Positions 32,801 to 42,768 of a stretch of 64,000 nt of DNA are shown one piece after another (positions within the stretch are counted from its first letter, which is position 1; each line of letters starts with the position of its first letter). Both the position numbers and the translations under genes were made by a program. The DNA lies in assembly GCA_004764695.1 (NCBI GenBank), contig SMSO01000032.1, forward strand, positions 7,844,483 to 7,908,482, written 5' to 3'. The notes below the pieces were generated by a model. That model had not been told where the DNA came from, ran no database searches, and was given only the letters and a program-made list of their open reading frames with translations. The stretch is from Schizochytrium sp. TIO01 (lineage: Eukaryota; Protista; Bigyra: Labyrinthulomycetes).

Positions 32801-33618
32801 ACGATGCCATGTCAAAGGACGACGATGCCGAGGCAAATGACGGCGATGTCGAGGCAAAGGATGACGAGGACAAGGCAAAGGCCGGTGATGACCAAGCAAA
32901 GGATGGTGACGCAAGGGCAAAGGACGGCGATACCAAAGCTAAGGACGACGATGCCAAGGCAAAGGATGACGATGCCAAGGCAAAGGATGACAATGCTGAG
33001 CAAAAGTCCGATGATGACAAGGCAAAGGCCGATGATACCAAGGCAAAGGCCGATGATACCAAGGCAAATGCCGATGATGACAAGGCAAAGTCCGATGATA
33101 CCAAGGCAAAGTCCGATGATACCAAGGCAAAGTCCGATGATACCAAGGCAAAGGCCGATGATACCAAGGCAAAGGACGATGATACCAAGGCAAAGGCCGA
33201 CGATGCCAAGGCAAAGGACGACGATGCCAAGTCAAAGGATGACGATGCCAAGTCAAAGGATGACGATGCCAAGTCAAAGGATGACGATGCCAAGGCAAAG
33301 GACGACGATACCAAGGCAAAGGACGACGATGCCAAGGCAAAGGACGACGATGCCAAGGCAAAGGACGACGATGCCAAGGCAAAGGACGACGATGCCAAGG
33401 CAAAGGACGACGATGCCAAGGCAAAGGACGACGATGCCAAGGCAAAGGACGACGATACCAAGGCAAAGGACGACGATGCCAAGGCAAAGGACGACGATGC
33501 CAGGGCAAAGGACGACGATGCCAAGGCAAAGGACGACGATGCCAAGGCAAAGGACGACGATGCCAAGGCAAAGGACAACGATGCCGAGGAAAAGGACGAC
33601 GATACCAAAGCAAAATAA
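26884..33618 (+). CDS. CHD6-9/Kismet-like SNF2 remodeller: polyQ, chromo, chromo with inserted bromodomain, ATPase/helicase-C, ARID, GATA-like finger, acidic repeat tail
   Basis: Motifs [35 protein letters not shown]...[50 protein letters not shown] and [20 protein letters not shown]. Confidence 0.95.
   Translation: [2244 protein letters not shown]
32629..33615 (+). repeat. Coding 21-bp minisatellite (consensus GCCAAGGCAAAGGACGACGAT, AKAKDDD heptad), roughly 47 units
   Basis: Read directly; degenerate at the 5' end, near-perfect from ~33290 to 33570. Confidence 0.95.
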
Positions 33619-34000
33619 AATGAAGAAATTCTTGTTATTGAAGATACCAAAGATACTGCAGACCACTTAAAAGTTCACACTGAAAAAGTTGAATAATCGT
33701 TCAGGATAGAACCAAAGAAGAAAACGAGGGCGATGAAAAGATAGATTAGGGGATAAGTCAAATAATAAATAATGCAAATGGTAAAGCGTAAGATGTTAGC
33801 TTCGAATCAGAGAGGGAAAGTCATCTAAGAAAGTGGATGAAACTCGGGAAGAATCTAAAAACACAAACAAAAACAAACAAAAAAACCAGTCTCATCCAAC
33901 CTCTGATAATGATGGCAAAAGAATGTGGTAACAAAATTTGAGACAGATGAGGATGATAAGACTAGCATCGAGGATGAAGCCCTTGCACGTCGATGGCAAC
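33619..34000 (+). pseudogene. Probable decayed former C-terminal extension of the CHD ORF
   Basis: E/D/K-rich coding-like fragments continue past the TAA, broken by stops and frameshifts, and return to the CHD frame at TSIEDEALARRWQ. Confidence 0.45.
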
Positions 34001-34919
34001 CCCCCCCCACACTTTCAATTGCCGTAGATACTCAGTGTCCTACTATTGTTCCTGCATATTCGTCTGGCACGTCATGTTCAACAATGACCGCTCGAACTTC
34101 TTGGCGCATTCCGACAAGACAAAAAGATAATCTGCAGAATGATTTCCATGGTAGGTATGCTTTTTAAAAGCATATCTGCCTTGAGCATTAAATGAGGATG
34201 CAGAAACAAATAAAGAGTAATGAAAAGAAAGAGGATGTATTTCGTTTTTTTTTTTGTTTTTGTTTGGGTTACCCTGGTGTGAATGCTTGGGACAGGATAG
34301 GAACAACAGTGTCACTCCGACTAACTGATTTAGTTGTAGAAATATAGAAAGATACAATTTTAAAAATTCAACTTGAAAACAACTAGAAAACAAACAAAAG
34401 CTAAAGGGGAAATTCCTTCGAAACTTGGTTTGCACGGTCACGAAATGCTGGCGACGAGATTACTGGTTTGAGTGTAACTGGTCTGTCGCGAGTAGCAGCG
34501 CGACTTCAGCTATGTGAGAAATCAATTAATATAAGAACATATCGTCGTTGAGATGGTCTTATTATCTTCCCACGGCAACTTTGCATATTCTTTAAGGGAT
34601 GTAGTCAAAGTTGAGTTGCACGTAAAGGAAGAAAATCAATCAACTATGACAGCAAAAGGCAAAGAGCCGACTTTAGAAGAGTAAGACTTTGCACTTCGAT
34701 TCTCTGCATATGACCTACATAAAGCGCTAGTTTAGTCGAAGCTCTGGATGCCCTTGAGCAGATACTTGAACGTAGGGGGAAGAGTAAACCTTCACACTCA
34801 CATACGGAAGACATTTTTCTAATTCGACTTTGCAGGTCATGATGTCGGCAATGGTGGAATCTAAATATGTTGCAATAGGCTTGGTGTGAATACTTAGCCA
34901 AAACCATAGATAACGCTCA

Positions 34920-36152
34920 CTAGGGGGCGCCTCCACTCTGAAACAGTTGTGTCAATCGACGGACACCCATACTCTTTCGTTTGGAAGCCGTAGGGCGAAC
35001 TTCTGCTGAGGACGACGGGGTCTTAAAAGTTGCACTGTTAGGCGATTTCATAGCCAAGCGTAAAAGGGAAAGTCTTCGCTCATTGCTAGGGTTGGATCGT
35101 GAAGCGGAAGGTGGCATTTCCATATCATCCTCATCAAGAGGGGCTCGAGCAGTATAGCGCAGTTGTGCACGTTCGCGATTCCACTTGCGAGGTTTCGCAA
35201 TTGTCGGTTGTGAAATCACTCCTTTGTTTGATGTCGCGAATTGACTCGAAAAACCTTGCTGGTTACTGGCCGAGGCCTTGGAAGCCCTGCGCTCCGCTGC
35301 GACCGTCTCTTTAACACGGCATAACGTAAATTGACGTTTAAATTCTGCAGCATGTTCATGCGTTAAAAAGTCGAGCTCAACCGCAACAATGTGAGTTGCA
35401 ACACGCATTCGTCCACTGGACTTGCTGCGAACTCTGGTGCGGAGAGCATAGCGGAAGCGGAGAGTTCTGCTTGTATCGTCATTAGTAGGGGACAGCTTGA
35501 TTTGGGATAGTTTGAGCATGTAGATCAGTTCGAGTGGTTTGTCTTCATCCTCAAGATCTAGAGAGTCTTCGTGTGGTCTTGCTTCCGCAGCTTTTGCTTT
35601 TGCTTTCTTCGCAGCTTTATTTAACTTGTTCGTTTTCTTTTTAGATTTGCTGTCATCTTCGCGAATTTTGTCTGATGGTTCACCGCTCACAATTCCGCGC
35701 AATTCTTCTTCTGCAACTTCTGCAGCAATCTCGGCTCCCGCACGGAAGCGATGTTGGATAGTGTCTGTATCGACGAGCCCAGGGACCCACCCTTCGCATG
35801 TTTGGTCAATATCATCTCTGGAGCCTGCAATTACAATAGCGTCATGGAGGATAAAAATACTGCCATGTACCGCAACATGATCTTCTTCATTATCTACAAT
35901 TGCATCTGGGTTCTCCAAGACAGCGACGTCGTCGATCACACCCACGAAACGATACCGGTGTTGCGGGAGAAGACCGTCGGTGCCATGAACCTGGCTGCGT
36001 AGACGTCGACCTTGTGACGGCGAGGTTTTGAAGACCTCGTCCTCCTCACAATCGTCGCGTTGTAGATCAAGACCTCCACTACTCATGCTTGTAAAACTGT
36101 TTGCTCGCGAGAATACAGGTATTTCTTCAAAACTACTCATCTTTCTGTGCAT
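34920..36152 (-). CDS. Uncharacterised protein with possible split PH-like domain
   Basis: 410-aa ORF; PH-like elements IFILHDAIVIA, IYMLKLSQIKL and ELDFLTHEHAAEFKRQF. Confidence 0.7.
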   Translation of the reverse strand: MHRKMSSFEEIPVFSRANSFTSMSSGGLDLQRDDCEEDEVFKTSPSQGRRLRSQVHGTDGLLPQHRYRFVGVIDDVAVLENPDAIVDNEEDHVAVHGSIFILHDAIVIAGSRDDIDQTCEGWVPGLVDTDTIQHRFRAGAEIAAEVAEEELRGIVSGEPSDKIREDDSKSKKKTNKLNKAAKKAKAKAAEARPHEDSLDLEDEDKPLELIYMLKLSQIKLSPTNDDTSRTLRFRYALRTRVRSKSSGRMRVATHIVAVELDFLTHEHAAEFKRQFTLCRVKETVAAERRASKASASNQQGFSSQFATSNKGVISQPTIAKPRKWNRERAQLRYTARAPLDEDDMEMPPSASRSNPSNERRLSLLRLAMKSPNSATFKTPSSSAEVRPTASKRKSMGVRRLTQLFQSGGAP

Positions 36153-39100
36153 TACAGCCTTGTGCCCTTAAACCAACTTGGAGATCCAACAACCCTTCAA
36201 CCTCAATTGGGCTATGTTGGCTGATTTGTTCCACGCGTCACTATGATCAAGAAAAAAGAAGTCCCGTCTGAATACCCGGCTGCGTTTGCCGGCGAATGGA
36301 TAGTTCTACTGCTCCTATTTTAACACAAGTCTATGCGCGACCAGTGCACAGTTGTGAGATTGCTGACGAGTATGGAGCTTTTCACCTTATCAAGATGTAG
36401 AGTCTACTTTGTGTTAAGCAGTTGTACAGGAACTCAGATACGTACTTGATTTCGTAATTACGTGCACACCTTCGCAGCTGATAATGAATCGACCTACAGT
36501 AGTACTTAGACTCACTTTCTAGCCCGGATGCGAAGGCCTGAGTCTTGATGACTGAGCCTAAAAGCAGGGCTTCTTGAGCTAGCCTCCTTTCTTGTCTACG
36601 GCCTAAAATGTGTTTTTCTTGATTTCATTAAAAATCAAATTTGTTCTTTCTATTCAACTCTATATCGACAATGTTCAAGCTAATGCAGCCTGTGCAAGCC
36701 TTGGGTTTTGTTTTCTCCTCCTCCTTCGAGCTTTGGAGTATTGGTATCTAGTTAGAGGCAGAGTACCTGCCTGCTTAAGGCCGCCCTCCCACACGAGAGT
36801 GAAGTAGGATTGATTCGCTGCAGAAACTTAGAGAGGTAACGGTGAAGAAGACCTTATTAAACCAAAAGGTAAGCTCAAGGCAAGGCTAAATTCGGACTAG
36901 CTAAGCTGACCAAGAAGGTACCTATGTATGCCTGCGCCAACTTTCGAAAGTGCTTGACTTTGATGATTTTGAGCTGGGGAATAATGAAGCAGCACGTTGG
37001 TTTGCGCGTGAGTAAACTTGAAGAAACACGCGCTGGAAAGGACCCAGCTTGCAGCACGTGCGATCGAGCGATGCGGAACTACGGCGAGCTAGTCTTGCTC
37101 CTTCGCTCGCTGACAGGAACTCGCGCTATGATTCTTATGTAGATAGATCCGTGGGAAGCGGCAATGGGTTGATTGCAGCTCTACTCTTTAGAGATTTACA
37201 AGCGAAGCTATAGTGGCCTCAACCTTTGTCTGCAAGTTAGTTTCTATTTGGTTTTGATGTGCATGCCTAGGCCATTATAGGAAGTAGGGGGTATATACTG
37301 TTAGGAATATCAGGGATCTTCCTGATGAGTATTTAAAATTAAAAAAAAATATATTATATAACATACTGTCAAAATATATATAGGCCTATACGTTTTAATT
37401 ATCATATAAATGATGATGCCTGATATACACTTAAAATAGAAATGTAGTTTTCAAAATACAATAGAGTACTACATATTGGAAAAGTAGGTACTACAACTTG
37501 AAAGCTAAAAAGTGTAAATTTTAAAATGAAAAACTTGTTTCAGTTAGAAACGTTTTATCATTGCTTCCGAAGTTCACTTAAAAAATATATTTTTAAATAA
37601 AAAGAAAAGTAGAAAAGTAAAGCCCACAAATTAAAAAACAAAGGAGAAGGTTTACTTCTGCTCTTCATCCAACTCGAAGTTCTGCATGCAGCAGAATAAG
37701 ATCGAGTTGTTCAAGCAATCAACCATAACATTGTTGGCTACTAAACTCATGTTGCGCGAAATAAGCATAAAGCTATGGCATCCTGATTCCTTCTTACTGT
37801 TTCTTTGCAAACAAGATCGAGCTCGTGACGTCTTACTGGATTGACTCATTCGAAGTCCTTCAGTTGAGAAAAAGAAAGAAGAGCAATGAAAGAGTCTGCC
37901 TGTGTAGGCTCATGCTTATATACTACTACCGCCCCTTATTTCAAAGTTCTACTTTAAGAGAAATCGAGGTTCAGTCGTCAGTGCTAGAAAGAGGAAGGAA
38001 GGGACAGGCGCGAGGCGGGTCAGTGAGAGATCGAGTGAGGGAGGCGGCGCTTTCCACGATCGAGCGAGCGACGGCTTGATTCATGTGAGAATTACCATGT
38101 AGACACCGACGGATGCAAGCAAGCCAAGAACTCTAGCTCTTCAAGATCATCTCCGTTATGGAGGGCTTTAAGCTGCGAAACATGTCAATGCAGCAGCCGC
38201 TTGGCTCGCTGGTTGGACGGGTTCTGTTTGTATGATTGAACCCGGCCTTCGGGTGGCCTGGTAGGTTCTTGTCATGGCCGGTCATCTTGGTTCATTGCAC
38301 AAAGCCAACCGCCGAAGAGAAGGGATGACACAACGCCCAAGAGTAGAACGGGAAGGCTAATGCAGGCGTAGGCAAGCGAATACTTAGCCTTTAAGCTCGC
38401 CCGTTGATAAACGCTCCATATGAAACGTGTTGGATTACAGAGGAGATGTAGAGGTTTTGGTGTGCGATTATATTTCTCAGGGTAGGTTGGTTTCGATTGT
38501 TAGTGGTCAAAATGTGTCCAAACACGAACAACTTTGAATAGCTTGAAACGACTGTTGGAATATGCAAGACCCCCAAATATTACCGTGACAAAAACCTTTG
38601 ACTGATCACGATGATCCGCCATAACTTAATACATCTGTTTAGTAAACCAGAGTTTGGTTTTGCATCAAGTTGAAAACGAATTAACGTTGTTAGTCTCATA
38701 AACTCTCACCCACCATGGATGGCAACGCCTCTTCAAGCAAGTGACAGCATCCATACTGCTAAAGTTTCTTCCGTGAACATTCATTCGCGAGCATGGGAAA
38801 AACTGCCAGCGCTGGAGCCATTCTGGGGCTTCTCTAGAACTTTCGAAGGCTGATGGGCGAGTGGACATCGTTAGCTTCATACATCTCAAGATGTTGCATA
38901 TTTCGTGGTGCTTGTTGCAAATACCGCTCCGGCTGTTGCTCCCTCGCTGCCCGTGTACGCAGCTTTCAGTAGTATGTATCGACGAGTTACAGCTAAAAAG
39001 CTTATCCAGATATTATGAGTTATTCCATTTTCCTTAGGTAGCCTCTAACATGATTTTTATGATACTTTTTAAAATTAAAAAAAAGTGATAACTACTCTTC

Positions 39101-42100
39101 ATGGTTCAAATACATCAGACATATACTGCAGCGCTTCTATTAGGCATCATATGCTGTTGAAGCGCCATGGCTTATTTTTATTCGTAAGGCTCTGTGTAAC
39201 TAAACTAACAGAGAAAAACTTCGGCACGTAGGCACGTACCTACTAGTTTTGTTGGAAAGGCTCTTAATTGAGCGAATAAACTTGGCGCGTGCAAGTTTCT
39301 CATATTACCTCTTTCTGAAATCTTTCTTCCCCCTTCTTAAACTTCTTACCTTTTTCTCTAATAACTTGAAAAGTGAATGATGCTTTGTAAAAAAAGAAGT
39401 ACAAGAATAGCGTCAGCTGAGAACTTCTTACTTCACCTGAGATGATTTTCTCGCTGACAGTCAGATTGTTTCATTCGAGTACGGAGCCATCCATCTCAGT
39501 CTACTAGATCAAACATTTGCGCCGCCAGGCTCCAGTCCGGCCAGCGAAGTAGTTTTGCAAGACCACAGAGGTGGCCTCCCTGGCTGCATGACTTTCATAA
39601 TGTTCAGATAGTGGAATTACTAGGTATCTAAGCCTACGGATTATAAACTACTACCTATATATACTATATTTAATTTTCTTATTAAAAAAGAAAAGAAAAG
39701 TAAGAAGATAAAAATAACTTGGTTAAACGCTTTAGAATTTCCTATCTGCAAAGTTTTGCACAAGCAACCAAGTCTAGAACTGAGCCTACAATCCTTTGCC
39801 GGCTCTTCGCAGTCTGAATAGTATCGTGCGATCTCCATCAATCAATGTGTAATGCTACTGCCTAGACAGCCGACAACAGACGCGCTTTTTCTCGGTGCGG
39901 TCTCAGTTTAACGCAATGTAGCCATTTCGACTTATAAAGGAGGATAAGTTAATGACCAAACAGTCAACGCCAACGCAACCTGTATTTCAGTTTAAGCCTC
40001 ACTCCGTCAAGCCAACAACTTAGTATGCAAAGGTGCTGTGTCAAAATATCATATACGAAAGCTTCTTAATCGAACGTGGCAGTGCATCGAAGGTCTTTGA
40101 AATTCTTCTCAGTTCACCGAAGAACTCGCGGTCATCAGCTTTATCTTGAATTTCGGCTCTTATTTGTGATTCGATCGATGGTTGTGCACTGTACTAAGTA
40201 CTACCTGTCTTGGACATGAGGACTACCTGAACGGAATTTCACTCTGGATGTTGTTTTTACTCTACTAGCTGTCAACTCTTGGTCGCCTTTTGTCTTTGTT
40301 TTAGTTATGACTGCACTTCATTCTAAGCTTGTGCTTAGTTTCATGCTAGCGACCTCGTCGAAGTTGATTGATTGTCACAAGGTTCGCGTAGAAATGATAA
40401 AGTTAGTCTTTTTGGACAATGCGCTGCTGAGATTTCGCGGGATTCCTAAATCTTAGGCGCCTCCTTATATAGAGAGTATTTCTTGAAAGCTGAGAATTCC
40501 AACCCTGCTCGGCCGAGCGAAGGGGCGAGAACAATTGTATTTACCCATCCATCCAGCAGCTAAAATTTTCACAGGTCTCCAAGTTTGGCGCTTCACGCTC
40601 ATCCGGCACCCAAGGGGGCGTTCGTTGTTCACATCGTCGCAGAATTTGCAGTTCTTCGCGAGTCAGGCCACAACTTTGGAAATGTGGTGCCAAGAGAAAC
40701 AGAAAGAAAGAGCTCCATCAATCATTTTGCGCTAAAAAATAAACTTATGGTGAGCTAGTCGTTACTTAATAGCTACTTATGTTATGTCTATTGTACGTAC
40801 TAGGTACTAGTATGAATAAAAAGGAAAGGAGGGATACAGGGATAGACAGAGGAAGGACTACCTAAGTTGCTATGTAGCTTGGTGTCTATATCGACTGGGT
40901 ATTAGTACTAGTATGTCCAAACATAGGCGGGTGTGTTCATGTCTAAGTTTCTATTTGAGGTTGGAAGTCTGTCCAAGTGCGTGCAAAGAAAAGCCAGGAT
41001 GATGGTCCTCCACTCCTAAACAATATTTTGAAAGATAATCCGCCACTGCTGCGTTGGTAACTTGGACAAAGTGTTCTGAATGTGCAAAAGTGTCCTTGGT
41101 CCGTCGTGGGGTTTAGATAAAACAAAAAACACATGGACTTCGCACCCACGACTCACGGCAACGACGCTTCAAAAGTGCACCAGCTCGCAAAACAACCGTT
41201 TTAATGGCATGTCAGCAAGTGTTCGAACAGCATCAGAAATCGATCAAATGGAGGGTAATTACCTCGGTGTGCATTGATATTTATCTAAATTTGGTGTGGT
41301 TACTTCGCAAGATTTTGCGAGGAGAAAACAATTTATCCTGAAAAGGACGGTACATGACGTTTGATGCTGAGCAGGGACGTATGGTAATAGACCTCAGCGC
41401 CTCGCATATCTCCCTTGGGGCACGATTGATGACGAGTGCGTAGGTTTTAGGCGTAAATAGTTTTAGGAAAGTATATTGTACTGAAATCGGGCGAACTCAG
41501 GTAAGGACGAAGTTTTCTCTGTACAATTATTGCGTGGATCTATGTGTGAGTTCAGATTAGGTTTAAATATGAACCTGTTCATTCATGGTCCAAACATTTT
41601 ATCATACGCAGATGCGCCTTTAGTCATCTCATAATCTGTTGAAGAGTTGTGCAGTCAAATTACAGTCTAATAATTGGAGTCGCGCGGACGATCTAATTTT
41701 ATCCATTTAAAACAAGAAGGGCTAAAACGTTTTTTATAAAGCAAACGAGCGCCACGAGGCGCAGCACATTCGGATCCCCAAAGAGCATAGTCAATACTAA
41801 GGTGAAGACCAGGTGCCGCAAACCTATCTCATTGGAAGGTTCCCTTTTGCAGCCACAGACGACAAGCATGAAAACACTCTTCAGGACTTGAGATTATTGT
41901 TGTGGCATCTCCTTGTTGTCACGAAACTACACGACTGTCTGTTCAATAACCCTGGCGTATTTGTAAATTAAGCATTTGGCTTTCGGCTTCGCACTAGGTT
42001 TTTCCCTTGCTGTTTTCAGTTTTTCAAACCCATTCAACAGACTATGGCACTATGTAGTGTTGGTGTCTCTGCATTATGCGAACGAGAATAAATGCATCAT

Positions 42101-42183
42101 TCGAATGGCACTCTTTGATTATTCATTTGCTGTGTTTCATAGGTTTGTTTTCTCCCATAGGTCTTTGAACAGGTATGCTCGAA

Positions 42184-42768
42184 CTAGCTTTCTATCTGTG
42201 GGTGCCCCTGCCTCAAATGTAACTCTTGTTCGCGTAGGGTTCTGCGTTCTCTCTCGGCTTTATCAAAAGACCTTAGCTGAGCCGCAAAACCTAAATTAGG
42301 TTCTGCGTTTGGCCTCGTTCTGCGAATCGTCTCCAAAGCCTCAAGAAAGGATAAGTCAAGGTGCCGCATTAAGTAAGCAGCCACAACTGTAACAGACCTC
42401 GACTTCCCCTGGAAACAATGAACAAGCACCCGATGCGAAGATAAACTGTCCAAAGCTTGGTTTATGAAATCGAAGGCAATTGGGAATTGCTCTCGAAGGT
42501 CCTCCTTTGGCTGATCAACTACATTCAGCTTCAAATAAATTATCCCATCTTTCTCAAATTTCTCTTCGAGCCCTTTCCCTACAGCAAGCACGTGCGTGAT
42601 TCCAAAGTTCTTCAAGCTTTCTCTGGAATATGCAGCGCCGACAGAGCCCAGGAACACTCGGCCCTTGAGGCCATCCACTTCGGCAGGTATCGCGTCTCGT
42701 GTTGAAAGCATAGCCGTTGCTAGCTGCCGCCTACGGGAGGCTTTCTCATCCTTCTTGTCGACCTCCAT
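42184..42768 (-). CDS. Atypical dual-specificity protein phosphatase
   Basis: Motifs VFLGS, GITHVL, VHCFQGKSRS (HCX5R), AAYLM and PNLGFAAQL. First ATG at 42768. Confidence 0.92.
   Translation of the reverse strand: MEVDKKDEKASRRRQLATAMLSTRDAIPAEVDGLKGRVFLGSVGAAYSRESLKNFGITHVLAVGKGLEEKFEKDGIIYLKLNVVDQPKEDLREQFPIAFDFINQALDSLSSHRVLVHCFQGKSRSVTVVAAYLMRHLDLSFLEALETIRRTRPNAEPNLGFAAQLRSFDKAERERRTLREQELHLRQGHPQIES

Noticed and set aside
32199-33670. Long overlapping ORFs (ALASSSF, MPRQRTT, PWHRRPL, LCLGIVV repeats); also considered as a CRISPR-like array
   Set aside because: The 21-bp unit has no stop in any frame, so these ORFs arise automatically; there are no unique spacers.
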